This document shows, one piece after another, positions 36,838 through 50,422 of a stretch of DNA of 64,000 nucleotides. The first letter of the stretch is position 1. Each line of letters begins with the position of its first letter. The notes beneath the pieces were generated by a model. That model worked only from the letters and a program-made list of their open reading frames with translations, did not search any database and had not been told where the DNA came from. The stretch covers positions 2,429,953 through 2,493,952 of the forward strand of contig NEEC01000018.1 of the NCBI GenBank assembly GCA_002189035.1, in the 5' to 3' direction. Position numbers and translations under genes: made by a program. The stretch comes from Utricularia gibba. Lineage: Eukaryota > Plantae > Magnoliophyta.

Positions 36838-38516
36838 ATGGTTGGCAGGAGGAGGAAGAAGTTGAAATCGTGAGTCTTTTTTTTTTTTTTTTTTTTTTTC
36901 TCAAATCCCCATCTTCAATTTCTTATCTTTTCCTTTAGTCCGAATGTTTTTTCTTCCGCTGCCCAACTCCCTTTTCGTCTAGGCGGTGTTCCTCTTTGTA
37001 TTTTTCATCTTTGATTCTGAAGAGCTGTTATACTATATTCCGATGTCGTTACATTAGAGAATCTGGTAAGAATGAGGCTAGCAGTCTCTTTCGTACTTAG
37101 GCTAGCCTTGGGATTCAGCTTGTTTAGCTACATCTTTTAGTATAAAAATTGGTTTTTTTTTTTTTTTTGGGTATCATAGTGGTTTTCTGTCTTACAATCA
37201 AGTTTCAGGAAGGTTTCTTTACTAAGTTGAAACTTGCACGCACGTTATTTTGCTCTTTTATTATGTTTCACGGAACGGTAGTTTAGGATCATAACCGCTT
37301 CCTAGCGAACATGTTATACAGTCTTCGTGGTTGGATACTGTATTTCCGAGTTTGGCAACGCGATCACTTTGATAGCCTTTTACGGCATTGAAAAAATTTT
37401 GACCTTTTGCAATTTTTGGACTGTAGTTTGGCTGAAACTATCACCGATGACAGAACCCTTTCAAGAGCTGCACCACATGGAACACAAACACAGTTTGAAC
37501 TACCAACTGAGCTTTTAGAGTTGATAATTTCTCGGTTGACCTTGAGAGACAATATCCGTGCTTCTGTCGTGTGCAAAAGATGGCTGGATGTTGCATCCTC
37601 TGTCCGAGTAGCAAATAAGCCTCCATGGCTGATGTTTTTCCCAAAATTTGGAAACTTATACGAACTCTATGATCCTTCTCAGCGGAAAACATACTGGCTT
37701 GAGTTGCCTGAGCTACAAGGTTGCAGGATTTGTTATGCCAGGGATGGTTGGTTGCTATTGTACAGGCCCAGAACTCTCAGTGTATTCTTCTTTTGCCCCT
37801 ACACTCGGGAGCTACTTGATTTACCTAGCCTGGAACTAACATATCAAATAGTTGCTTTCTCTGCTGCTCCAACATCTGATAGCTGCATCATTTTCACGGT
37901 GAAGCATGTAAGCCCTACTGTGGTTGCAGTTAGCACTTGTCATCCTGGGGCAAATGCATGGAATACCAACAATTACCAAAGTCGTCTCCCGTTTGTCAGT
38001 AGCATTTGGAACAAACTTGTTTTCTGTAATGGTCTCTTCTATTGTTTGAGTTTGACTGGTTGGCTGGGAGTTTATGATCAGGACAAGAGTTCGTGGACTG
38101 TACAATCCGTGCCTCCTCCGAAGTGTCCGGAGAATTTCTTTGTCAAGAATTGGTGGAAAGGAAAATTCATGGCAGAGTACAATGGTGAAATTTTTGTCGT
38201 GTACACATGCTCTGCTGTAAACCCTGTCATATATAAGCTGGACCAGAAAAACAAACTCTGGGTGGAGTTGGAGACGTTGGATGGTATGACTCTTTTTGCA
38301 AATTTTTTGACTTCCCATGCCAGGACAGATCTTCTTGGATCCATGAGAAACAATGTGTTCTTCTCTAAGGTCCGTTTCTATGGAAAACGTTGTGTTTCAT
38401 ACTCCGTAGACAATGGGAGATATTATCCAAGAAAGCAGTGCTACGACTGGGGAGACCAAGATCCTTTTGGAAGCGTCTGGGTTGAACCACCGGATGACTT
38501 GTCCATTTTTCTTTAA
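36838..38516 (+). CDS. F-box protein with DUF295/KIB1-like beta-propeller
   Basis: Short exon 1 36838-36869 (MVGRRRKKLKS) splices in frame to 37427; F-box ELPTELLELIISRL..RASVVCKRW; intact to the stop. Confidence 0.88.
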
Positions 38517-38783
38517 GGAATTTGTTGTGATGATGGTGATGGAAGTTGATTTCTTAGCATCGATCAGACCTATGTAATGCTCGGCCAACATGTATGCTGC
38601 AGAGGACAGGATGACCTTTCTTGATAGACTGTTTGCTCTTGCTTATCCAGGTTTACTTTCTTCAAAAGCAGCTTATCTTAGTAGTATTACGGTCTCAATT
38701 TGTTCATTTCTCATCGTGTAACATTCTAGTTAGTATTATAATTACAATCATCTGAGAAAAACCTGGAATTTGTCCAGGCAATA

Positions 38784-38929
38784 TCAAGGAAGCGTTAGCC
38801 TCATTACTTGATTTGGCAGTGGCACTGACAACTGTGCTGCTCATTGTTGTGAGGGATCTTTGAAAACCTCAAGCTAAATAACAATTTTGATGTCAAGGAA
38901 GCGTTAGCCTCCTTACTTCATTTGGCAGT
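38784..38929 (+). repeat. 37-bp direct repeat pair, 109 bp apart
   Basis: tcaaggaagcgttagcctc(a/c)ttactt(g/c)atttggcagt at 38784-38820 and 38893-38929, two mismatches. Confidence 0.8.
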
Positions 38930-39812
38930 AAGTAACAAGAATAGCTGGATGCTAAATGTGTGTGAAACTGTAGATAGGAATCGTTTGCGGACTAAGCGAA
39001 TAAGGACGTCTGTTTCTTCTAATCTTGATGCTCCTCCAACCGAGCTACGTGGGTCACCTGATGCAGCTATCTATCGTAATGATGTCTCAAATTGCGGTTG
39101 ATTATTCTCTGCAGGTACAGAGTTGTTCGCTCTTAGTCGCATGTATGTGATGGTTGGTTTTTAAATGCATGCGCAGTAATCCACTTGTATTCTTTGATAC
39201 AAAAACATTATTGTATTCAAACCGAGGACACGTTCACTGAAAATTATTGGACATTTGTTGAAAATGGACTCTCGACTTGGAGGAAGGGTAGGGCAGGGCA
39301 GGATGTGTAGGAGAGTCAAACAGAGTAAATTTATTATTGTGAAAACCAACCCTTCGATTTTAAATACTAGAAAACATGTTCATTTGAATGAATCAATCAA
39401 ATTCGTATAAAATAGAATTATAATTTACAAATAGATTCAAAAATTCACATTTCTTCCCCATGATTGGGTAGGATTGTTTAGAATTTCTTTTTTGATTTAA
39501 TGAGATGTTGTATTGTAAAACAATATTCTTGAAGGGGTGTTTTCCCAACCTAAGCCCTTAAGGAAAAAAAAAATGACTTGAAAATTCAATTTTAACGTCT
39601 TCTCTTCCACGGTGCGAGGGAACCGGCCTCAAAATACACCAACTAAAAACGGCAAGTTATCGACAATTGAACGCCAACGGCTCTATCTCCGACTCAGATT
39701 CCCATCCAGGAAAACAAAGGGAATTCCAGCCTCAAATTGATCCTGATGTCCTTTCTCAAGGTTGTTTATATAGTCTTCATGCCGCATCATTCACCATCAA
39801 CCTTGTTTGTCA

Positions 39813-42006
39813 ATGGAGCATTCAAAGGGAATTCTTGTCTGGGATTTGCAGATACTTTTCTTGTTTTCTTGTGTAGTTCTGGTCATCATCAATGGAGCCG
39901 AAGCGTCACATAAGGTTTATCCCCATTTACAGTCAGTCCTGACGGTAAATGTCTTGGAAGATCACCGAACTGGCTTCCATTTTCAACCCCAAAAGCACTG
40001 GATCAACGGTAAATATAATCCAAACTATGCTACTTTTTTAGTGTTTCATTATTTGCGGGCGATGACATATGTTTCATCCGTTTCATGTGCTGGATGCATG
40101 AACCAATCTGTTCCCTGACAGATCCAAATGGTAAGAAAAAAAAAAAAAACTGCATCTTTATCTTAATCTTCATGTTCTCGGGAGAAACTGTATCATCAAA
40201 TTTTTGTATTCAGGACCGATGTATTTCAATGGATTCTATCATATTTTCTACCAGTACAATCCCAAGGGAGCAGTGTGGGGCAACATAGTCTGGGCGCACT
40301 CTGTTTCCAAGGATTTGATTAACTGGAAAAAATTGGAACCTGCAATTTATCCATCCGAGCCCTACGACAAATATGGTTGCTGGTCGGGTTCTGCCACCGT
40401 ACTCCCGGGAAACAAGCCGGTTATCCTTTACACAGGAGTGGTGGATGAGAATAATACCCAGGTCCAAGACTACGCTGTTCCAGCCAACATTTCAGACCCA
40501 TATCTCCGAGAATGGGTGAAGCCAGATGACAACCCTTTGATTGTAGCGGATGTATCCGTCAACAAGACTTCATTTCGTGATCCGACCACCGGTTGGAAGG
40601 GAGCCGATGGCCAGTGGCGGATTCTCGTGGGAGGCCTAAACGAGGATACCGGTGTTGCGTTGTTGTTCAAGAGTAAGGATTTTTTCAAGTGGGAAAAGGT
40701 GGATCATCCGCTTCATTCCGTAGCTGGGACAGGAAATTGGGAATGCCCTGATTTTTTTCCTCTGAGAATCGGTGCAAGTACAGCGCCGGACACTGACTCG
40801 ACTTACGGCCCGGATGTGAAATATGTTTTCAAGGTGAGTTTGGACGCTACGAGGTACGAGTACTACACCTTAGGGCATTATGATGCCGAGAAAGACCTGT
40901 TTGTTCCCGACAAGGATATGGTTGAAGGGTGGAAAGGATTGAGATTAGACTATGGAAACTTCTACGCTTCAAAATCTTTCTTTGATCCCATAAAAAAGAG
41001 AAGGATTTTCTGGGATGGGCCAATGAATCCGATACAACAGAGGATGATGTCAAGAAGGGCTGGGCAGGCATTCAGGTAGTTATCTATTTATTTGTTATTT
41101 AACAATAACCAAAATGTCCAACTCTTTCTTGCTTCCTTTTCAGGTCATCCCACGGACAGCGCTGCTGGATTCCAGTGGCAGGCATCTTGTGCAGTGGCCA
41201 GTGGAAGAAGTGGAGAGCTTAAGAGGGCATAGAGTGGATTTGAACGGGAACAAGCTTCTAAAGGGAGAAATGGTAGAAATCACAGGAATAACCGCAGTGC
41301 AGGCAGATATTGATGTCACATTCTCTTTTGATAACTTGGACAAAGCTGAGCCCTTTAATCGTAGTTGGGATAGACAGGACGCAGAACACATTTGCAGCCA
41401 ACGACGCTCTAATGTTTCTGGTGGTCTAGGACCATTCGGAATTGCTACACTGGCCACAGAGAAGCTTGAAGAATTCACCCCCGTGTTTTTCCGTGTTTTC
41501 AAGGATGAGAACAAGCACCTGGTTCTCCTTTGTTCGGATGCGTCAAGGTTGTGTTATTTACTTTTCCTTTCCCACTCCACTCCCTCTCATCATGAAACAC
41601 TCGAATGCTCATAATTTTTTCCTTCGCCACCAGGTCTAGTTTGAAGGATGGGAAATCGCGCATGAAGGATGGTAAGGATGCGTACAGGCCTTCATTTGGA
41701 GGATTCATAGACACCGATTTGAAGGACATGACTCTTTCCCTTCGGAGCTTGGTAAGGGACGTTGCCGTTTATGTCTGTTGAGATCACAATTTCACCTTAC
41801 GCATGCGCCCATGTATCCAGATTGACACTTCCGTGGTGGAGAGTTTTGGAGAAGGAGGGAAAACGGTCATCACATCGCGTGTTTATCCCACTCTAGCCAT
41901 TTTTGATAAAGCCCGCCTGTATGCCTTCAACAATGGAACTGAGCCCGTGACTATCAAGCGGCTTAGCGCATGGAGCATGAACAAGCCTCAGAACATGAAC
42001 CATTGA
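39813..42006 (+). CDS. Cell-wall invertase (GH32 beta-fructofuranosidase); apparent 1-nt deletion at 41012-41014
   Basis: NDPNG, FRDP and WECPD (Pro form, cell-wall type) catalytic motifs; SLDATR keeps the Asp/basic pair typical of true invertases. RIFWGWANESD is restored by adding one G. Confidence 0.94.
40122..40130 (+). other. 9-nt micro-exon (ATCCAAATG) encoding DPN of the invertase NDPNG motif
   Basis: gacag|atccaaatg|gtaag; joins AAC G|AT CCA AAT G|GA CCG to give WINDPNGPMY. Confidence 0.95.
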
Positions 42007-42486
42007 GCTAAACCAAAGGGAAAAACATACTAGCCCTCGGACATCATACTTCATAGCAGAGCCATGAAGTAGTATTTTGTTGTCGTATGGTAAGAGAAAG
42101 AACAACGGTAGGAATAAACCAATTAGGGTCGTATTTCACGTGTATTACTGAAAACTAAAGGAATTATTATTTAGTTTATTTACAAAGGCAGTAATATACA
42201 ATTACAGAATGATAGTCGGTCCTTTGGAAATTGCAATATTTATTATAAAATTATTAATGAATGAATTCACGTATTCGTAGTTCTCATCAAAATCAATTCA
42301 ATAAATTAGTTCTGTTTCTCCAAATTGGGAAATGGATGATTTGGTTCCTTGGGATGTCGACGATAAAGCAGAAGCCGTGGACAATTGTTATCAAACGAAA
42401 ATATAAATAGCATGGTCCACCCGTAATATACAGACGAAAACCAGGGGTCCCTTGTTCGGAGACATCAGACGGAATAGGCCTGAAAG

Positions 42487-42906
42487 ACCACTACCGCCGT
42501 TGGTCACGCCGTGTCGTCGCCTTGCAAACGGCTGCGGCATGTGTGTTCCGCCCTGATGTTTTTTGAAGGATATTCTTGAAACTGATTGAGAGTAAGCTTT
42601 GAGTTACCTGTTTTCCTTGCTGGTTGTTTGCTTTATCTCTGTTTGTGTATTTCCGTTAATTGTTACTTTCTTCAGTTCGAGGGTTTTTTTATGCGGTTTC
42701 TCTTTAGTTTTCACTTCAGATAATTTGAGGAAGATGCTGGTTTGTGTAAACTGAAGTGGGTGAGCAAGGTTCCAGCAGCTTGTGTTTGCTTTCGTAGTGT
42801 TTATTTTCTAGACTCACTCTAGAGCCGGTTTGCACTTTTTTCTTATGCCGGGATGGGTTTTAGGTGTCTAAAGCTGGCAGTTTGGGTATTAGCACCACTC
42901 ATGGTT
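42487..42906 (+). repeat. ~420-bp direct repeat, copy 1 (likely SPY 5' leader exon and start of the leader intron)
   Basis: Matches 50423-50844 apart from one substitution and a 2-nt indel; contains a GTAAGC donor at 42592. Confidence 0.95.
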
Positions 42907-43148
42907 AGGGTTATTTTGGTACATGAAAACGTCCTCTGTTAGTGATGCTCATTTCTCTATGGGATGGAGCTTTTAGTATTCATTTATGTGAATCTGCGCA
43001 ATCGAGGGAAGTCAACTGACCATAAGAAAAATTGGAAATTTGCCTCCGTCTGTACTTTCTTCCACATCATCAGAGGTGATGCCTCATGCAAGGTTTTCTT
43101 TTTCTTTTCCTTAGGGTCTTATTCTAGAATCTGAGCTTTTTGAGTTGG

Positions 43149-46100
43149 ATGGAATTGACTGGACTAGACGGTGATGATTCAAAGCTAAGGGGATTGGAGG
43201 GTGATCATGTATTATTGAAGGATGTAATGCCTGATTCTGATGCCAAAAATTCTCCAAACATTGATTCCTCAAATAAGAATTCTGGAGGAACTGACGTGCT
43301 TTCATATGCAAACCTTCTTCGCTCCAGAAATAAGTTTGCAGATGCACTTTCTGCTTATGAGAGAGTGTTGGAGAAGGATTGTGGAAATGTTGAAGCTCAT
43401 ATTGGAAAAGGAATTTGCTTGCAGATGCAGAATATGGGAATGCTTGCATATGACAGTTTTTCCGAAGCAATCAAGCTGGAACCGCAAAATGCTTGTGCTC
43501 TAACACATTGTGGCATCTTGTGTAAGGATGAGGGTCGCTTGGTGGAGGCAGCCGAGGTAACATTAGGGGTTAGGGTCGGTGGTGCTTGCATATGTTATGG
43601 TGTTGCATAATTCTTATCGTTCTTCATATCCTTTCCTTTATACTTACTTTTCTTTGATATAGATGTATCACAAAGCTCTGATGGAAGATCCATCATACAA
43701 ACTAGCTGCAGAATGCTTGGCGATTGTGCTAACAGATATTGGGACCAGCTTAAAGCTTGCTGGTAATAGTCAAGAGGGAATTCAGAAGTATTATGAAGCT
43801 ATCAAAATTTACCCGCACTATGCTGTAACTCCACATTTCCTTTTTTTCGCATCTTATGTCCCTCCCTTCCTTCATGCTTGGTGAGTCTCTGCTATTTTCT
43901 GTTCTTTTTGCAGCCTGCTTATTACAATCTTGGTGTCGTGTACTCTGAAATGATGCAATACGACATGGCCCTAAGTTGTTACGAGAAAGCTGCAATGGAG
44001 AAGCCCATGTATGCCGAAGCATTTTGCAATATGGGTGTTATATACAAGAATCGTGGGGATCTGGAGTCAGCCATTGCCTGTTATGAAAGGTGATTGACGA
44101 GTTATATCCCAGCTTTTCTCAGTTGTAACTCTTGGAATGCACACAAGCAAAGCAGAAGTTGAGGTTTAGAATTGCGCGTTTCTAAAATCATGTTTGTATC
44201 TGGACACCCTCGATAATATCTGTTCTAAAATATGTGTACGCTATTATATTCAAGCTTAAGAAGAGGCCTCACTTGCAAACTTGTATTTGGTTTTTATAAC
44301 ATTTTCAAGGTTCTAATTAACCTCTACTTTCTCTTAACCTCTTGTGAATTTTGGTCTTATGGACAGGTGCCTGTCTGTCTCTCCAAATTTTGAGATAGCA
44401 AAAAGTAATATGGCTATTGCCTTGACTGATTTGGGCACAAAGGTGTGGCTCTAGCTACTGCTCATTAGATCATTTATTTAGGAATTCCATCTCGTATTCG
44501 TTGGAAATTATTTAAATTCAGAAAAACCATTGGTTTGTCACACAAGATGTGCACTGTTTTAAGAGTCCAGAATCTCACAGTAGATCCACCTTATGCACCG
44601 TGACCTAACGTGTTGTAATACTTTGGTGTTTTCTATCTTATTTGTGTTTCTTATTCTTTTGTTTTGATATTTGCACCTAAAACATACTCTGGAAGTTCTT
44701 ATTTTTTTTCATCAGCATCGCTGGAAGTTCTTATGAATTTACTACATTCTTCATGTCAATATTTCTTCATTGAAATGCCCTGACCGTGTGCATATATATA
44801 AATTTTGAATTTTGAAATTAAGTGGAGCTTGTGGATTTACTTGATATGAGCTTCGTTTTTCAGCTTATGGTGGCTGACTTGGTGCTTATCAATTGTTTGT
44901 AATGTATGTCTAACAATGGGAAACTCTTAAATGGCATATGATATAACGGATCATTACCTGTCTTGGAATGCTGATCTAGGTAAAACTGGAGGGTGATATC
45001 AACCAGGGTGTTGCGTACTATAAGAAAGCTCTATCCTACAATTGGCACTATGCTGATGCTATGTACAACCTTGGGGTTGCCTATGGAGAAATGTTGAAAT
45101 TTGACATGGTAAATGGATTGGTTTTGGTATTTATACGTGTGATATAATTGTTTCCTGTATCAGATGCTTTTCTCTTAATCCTATGGGATATTCATTCCTC
45201 GTAAGATGTTTCATTGGTTCTCTGGTGTTTCCTGATATTAGTGTTATCCAGCTAGACTCACGTTCAGCCACCTATGCAGGCTATTGTATTTTATGAACTC
45301 GCATTTCACTTCAATCCCCATTGCGCTGAGGCATGTAACAACCTGGGTGTGATATACAAGGATCGTGACAACCTTGATAAAGCAGTGGAGTGCTACCAAG
45401 CAAGTTCTGATGCTATAAAACACTTAACAATGCTATCCCTATACGTCATCTGTTTTCTAATTTTAATAATATACTTGCAGCTTGCTTTATCAGTCAAACC
45501 CAACTTTTCGCAGTCACTCAACAATCTCGGAGTTGTTTACACGGTTCAGGTGCTAAATCTTTATTTTTGAACAATTCTTAATCATGGAAAGATGGTTTTC
45601 CAGTGATTTTTTTGTACGTAGGGTAAAATGGATGCGGCTTTGAGCATGATTCAGAAGGCTATTGATTCAAATCCGAGTTATGCGGAAGCATATAATAACT
45701 TAGGTAATCTTGTCTTTGTATTGAGTTTTTGAGTGGATTTGGGTAATGGTATAACAATCATACAATTAACCTTCACTTGCTATCAGTGACAACCTTTGTG
45801 GTTTTTAGGCATATGTCTGGGGGCTTAGTAGTGAATAGGAGTTGGTAAGGGAAGGTAACTATCAGGTTGGGGATGGTATAGTTCAAAAAATTCGAAAAAA
45901 AAAGGAAAATAGAACTTTTGGCCTGTATTTGTTGCTAATTTCTGTGTATGTGCAGGAGTTTTGTTTAGAGATGCTGGAAACATAGCTTTAGCAGTTGAAG
46001 CATATGAAAAGTGCCTCAAAATAGACGCAGACTCCCGCAATGCAGGACAGGTGTTGAGTTTGTTAACTCTGAGAATGCAGCGAAGCACTATGTAGTTTTG

Positions 46101-48933
46101 ATTATGTCAAGCATTTTTTTGTGGCATATTTCTTGTGTTCATACGTTTGTGGGGACTCCAAGTTGTTGTGTTATGGATATCTTTCTTTTTCGTACCGTGA
46201 TGTATGTATGAGGGTATTCTAGTAATTCAGGATGGATTTGGTTTAACGTTCTGTAATTTTGTGCTATTCCTCCTTTCATACTTTTCCATTTACAATATGT
46301 TGCCTTTGTCATTTAGACTATTGGTACCTTTTTACGTGTGCAATAAATGTGACAGATCCTTTTTTTTTTTTTTTATGATGGTTGTTTTTGCAGAATCGGT
46401 TGCTTGCCATGAACTACATAGATGATGGCACTGATGATCGTTTGTATGATGCTCACAGGTCTAGTTAGTTAAATCACACCATGTTAATATGCTTTCTTTT
46501 ACCTCTTCTATATACTTGTTGTGAATTTGTTTGTGATTGGATGTATGACTCCTTGAGTGAGCTTTCTGCATGTGTCTTGGGTTGAATGCATAATTTCAGG
46601 GAATGGGGTACACGCTTTATGCGGCTATTTCCTCAGTATACATCATGGGATAACATCAAGCTTCCAGATAGGCCCCTTGTAATTGGATACGTGTCTCCTG
46701 ATTATTTTACTCATTCTGTATCGTACTTCATTGAAGTGCCTCTTAACTACCACGACTATGAAAACTATAAAGTGGTTGTTTATTCAGCAGTTGTGAAGGT
46801 AAACCTCATAGTGCTGAAACCTATGGTAACTTTCGAGTATATTTATTGTTTTGGTGATTTGCTCTAAGCATCTCATATTGTAGCCGTATGAGTATTTTAT
46901 AGATAATTTTGGTTTCTGCCAGGCAGATGCAAAGACTAAAAAATTCATGGATAGAGTTTTGAAGAATGGTGGAATGTGGAGGGATATCTATGGGATTGAT
47001 GAGAAAAAGGTTGCTGCAATGGTCAGAGAGGACAAAATTGATATCTTGGTGGAACTCACTGGTCACACGGCAAACAACAAGTTGGGAACGATGGCTTGCC
47101 ATCCGGCACCTGTTCAAGTATTTGAGTTGCAAAACATTCATATTTTCTGTCGTTGTCTATATCTTAGTTTGCTTCGTATCTTGACTGATAATTCTAACTG
47201 TGCTGCGGGCGTGAATTTTGAAAATTGAATTATTTATTTTGTTGACTAGTCAACTTTATCTTAGTCTCTGGAATTTGTTGTCGCAGACTCCCCTCTTCAG
47301 GTTATCATGATATTATTATAATCACGGCAATTTACTTGTTTTAAATGTGGTTGCAGAATCTGAATATTTTCAGTATCAGCAGTTGTTTAGCTACAGTTAT
47401 CCATCTTCATTAACATCCCGTGCTATCTTTTTCCGAAAAAAATTAACATAGAGCCCATGGTTATTGTAGGTAACATGGATTGGCTATCCTAACACAACTG
47501 GTTTGCCAACTATTGATTACAGGATATCTGATTCACTTGCTGATCCACCTGGTACAAAACAAAAGTAAGAATCTAACATTTTTCCTGGTTCTTGTCCGTT
47601 ATTTTTCATTTATAGTCATGTGTCATTTTTTATGATGTCAGACATGTTGAAGAGTTAGTTCGCTTACCTGACTCCTTCTTGTGCTACACTCCTTCACCTG
47701 AAGCTGGTCCTGTCTGTAAAACCCCTGCATTGTCTAATGGATTTATTACTTTTGGTAGCTTTAACAATCTTGCAAAGGTATTGGAAGTATTAGAGTCCTT
47801 TCACAGTGATTGAGTTAATGTTTGTGTTCCTAAAGCGTCTGTTGTATTAGATAACTCCTAAAGTACTTCAAGTCTGGGCAAGGATTCTCAGTGGAGTTCC
47901 AAATTCTCGCCTAATTGTGAAGTGTAAACCCTTCTGCTCTGATAGTGTGAGACAGCAGTTTCTCTCAACTCTGGAAAAACTTGGTCTGGAGCCACTACGA
48001 GTGGATCTTCTGCCTCTAATTCTTCTCAACCATGATCATATGCAAGCCTATTCTTTAATGGACATCAGGTGATGCTTGTTAATTGGATGAATATGAAGTC
48101 CAAATTTTATTTGGATAGTAACATCATTATTATTTTCTCTCCGAGTAAAAGGGATTCATTAGCAGTCGTTGCTAATATTTGTATATCTGCATGTGTTTTC
48201 TACTTCAGTTTCTTTTATATTTCATGGATTGACGGAAATATCCTGTTGTGGCTAGTTTGGATACTTTTCCCTACGCTGGGACAACCACCACGTGCGAGTC
48301 TTTATACATGGGAGTCCCCTGCGTCACCATGGGAGGTTCTGTTCACGCCCATAATGTCGGTGTGAGTATACTCAAAACAGTTGGTAAGTGTAATGTTCTG
48401 CTTCCCTCTTTTAAGATGATAGATATGCCGACATTTACATCACCGCATGCATATGCTTTGTGGGCATTCTTTTTGAAAAGTTAGGCCTTCTGGGTGGCAT
48501 CTGTGCTACAGGTTTGGACAATCTGGTTGCTGCTAATGAAGATGAGTACGTGCAGTTGGCTCTTGACTTGGCCTTGGATGTTGCGGCCCTCTCGACTGTG
48601 AGAATGAGACTGCGGGATCTCATGCTTGATTCTCCTCTATGTGACGGATCTAGATTTACCAAAGGCCTTGAGTTGCAATACAGAAAAATGTGGAAACGGT
48701 ACTGCGAAGGTGATGTTCCCTCTTCGAAACACAAAGAAGTGCCACCTCAACTCCATGAAAACTCTGAAGAGGTAACCGTGAAGTCACCTGCTGAACTTGC
48801 AACTGTGGATGCTTCTATCAACAGCACCCTTGTACAAGCCAATGGACATAATGCTGGGCAAAGTTCAGTATCAAGAACTTCTTCACATGTGAAAGAAAAC
48901 GGTTTGCTAATAAATGGGAATGGTGATGCATGA
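43149..48933 (+). CDS. SPY: SPINDLY, TPR-containing protein O-fucosyltransferase
   Basis: TPR exons ([38 protein letters not shown]) and catalytic part ([63 protein letters not shown]). Start position approximate. Confidence 0.96.
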
Positions 48934-49605
48934 AGGCTAACTAATTCTGTGGCACTGGTGTTGGAAGGTTCATTATGCCAGAAATCAGGAGGGTGAAAAC
49001 CAAGAACCCCTACTCGGAGAGGAGGTTGAAGGCACCATCCAAGGATTGAAGGAGCACAATTGTGACTCTAGGCTGATCTGGCTGTGAATTGTTCCACTCC
49101 TTGTCGCAAAATTTAGTTTAGGAACCAGCTACTCTGATATATCATTTGATGATGAACCGCATGAGATCTAGTCCAGTGATAAGGTTTTTTATTTTCTCGG
49201 GAACACAGTCTTGAATTCTAGTGTTCATGTAGGGCTTTCCGCGCGGGTCATCTGTGGCTCTGGATATAGAGTAATTAAAATTAGATTTTTAGTTGTCAGT
49301 ATGAAATAAAAATAAAAACTCAATCCAAATCTTGAAATGACATCCAGAATGCCCCTTCCCTTCGTGATGTCCGTTCTGTTATGCTTCTCCATGTCCCTTA
49401 GCTTGATGTAAATTAATTGACGGCAGGGCAGACCGGAGCTCACGGACCTACCCACGATTTTCTTTTCCGACGTCGTGGGTGCAAATGCTGGTTGTATTTT
49501 ATGGGTTGAAGGGTTGTTTCGGGATGGACACCACCTGCTCGATGAAATGATCTTTGCTTCTTATGCATCTTCTTTTTCCTGCTTTGTAGTGGCTTACTGT
49601 TCGAA

Positions 49606-50324
49606 ATGAAGTTGAGAGGGGCTTGCAAGAAGATTTACGACTATGTTCGGTATGATCTCAAGGAGATTGCATTTCCATCCTCTTTGCCCGATCCTCCCAA
49701 CATCAAAAAAAGGCGCAAGCTTACTTTGAAGGAAAAATTTCTTGTGAGTTTACTACTGCATCTCATTTTTACTACATATCGGGGAATTTAGTTGTGTAGC
49801 ATAATGATTCATTTGAAAGATTGCATTTGGTTTGCCGTCCCTCTGTTATGTTATTCCATGAATAGTCAACTTGAAATAAATATCAACAGATATTCAAGGA
49901 AGCATGTAGGCTTTACAGAGCCAGCTGGACCAGAGATATTGGTCCTGAACTGAGGCCACGCGCTTGCAAAAACAAAGACAGAGATGAATCACAAAATGGC
50001 AAAAAAGCTGAAGAGAAAGAACCCTCGGTTATCGAGGATCTCGGTAAGAAGAATCATTGCAGTGCATGTTTTCTAAAACAAGGCGGTGATCAATCACACT
50101 GGCATTTCTGTTATTTTATACGTGCAGCTGTGGCTGCAAGAGGGGGTATGGAGACTCTAAGACCAGCACTTCAAAGAGTATACATGACCAGAGCCTCTGC
50201 CTACAGAGATGCCCTCAAAAGTTTTATCCAAGGTTACCAAGAAGGCATTCAGCAAGTCATGGACGGGAAAAAGGAACAGTCCGAGCCTCCACAAAAGGAT
50301 GATGAAAACCCAAAAGCTAGATAG
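49606..50324 (+). CDS. EMB2735: EMBRYO DEFECTIVE 2735-like uncharacterised protein
   Basis: Three exons: YDYVRYDLKEIAFPSSLPDPP..RRKLT; LKEA..SWTRDIGPELRP; AVAARGGMETLRPALQRVYMTRASAYRDAL. Matches recalled At5g06240. Confidence 0.85.
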
Positions 50325-50422
50325 GGGTCATTTTTACTTGTATCCTTCTGACGATAGTTGGGAGAATCTCGACCTTCCTTAATCAACTGGAGCATGTTAA
50401 GCAGTTTGTAATGTGCAGGAGT

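Noticed and set aside
38784-38929. CRISPR-like repeat-spacer array
   Set aside because: Only two units, a eukaryotic context and no cas genes.
40830-40870. Invertase as a defective invertase or fructan exohydrolase
   Set aside because: SLDATR retains the Asp..basic pair equivalent to AtcwINV1 D239/K242, consistent with a true invertase.
43140-43151. Non-AUG (TTG) start for SPY suggested by the ORF track
   Set aside because: An in-frame ATG lies three codons downstream at 43149; nothing supports TTG initiation.
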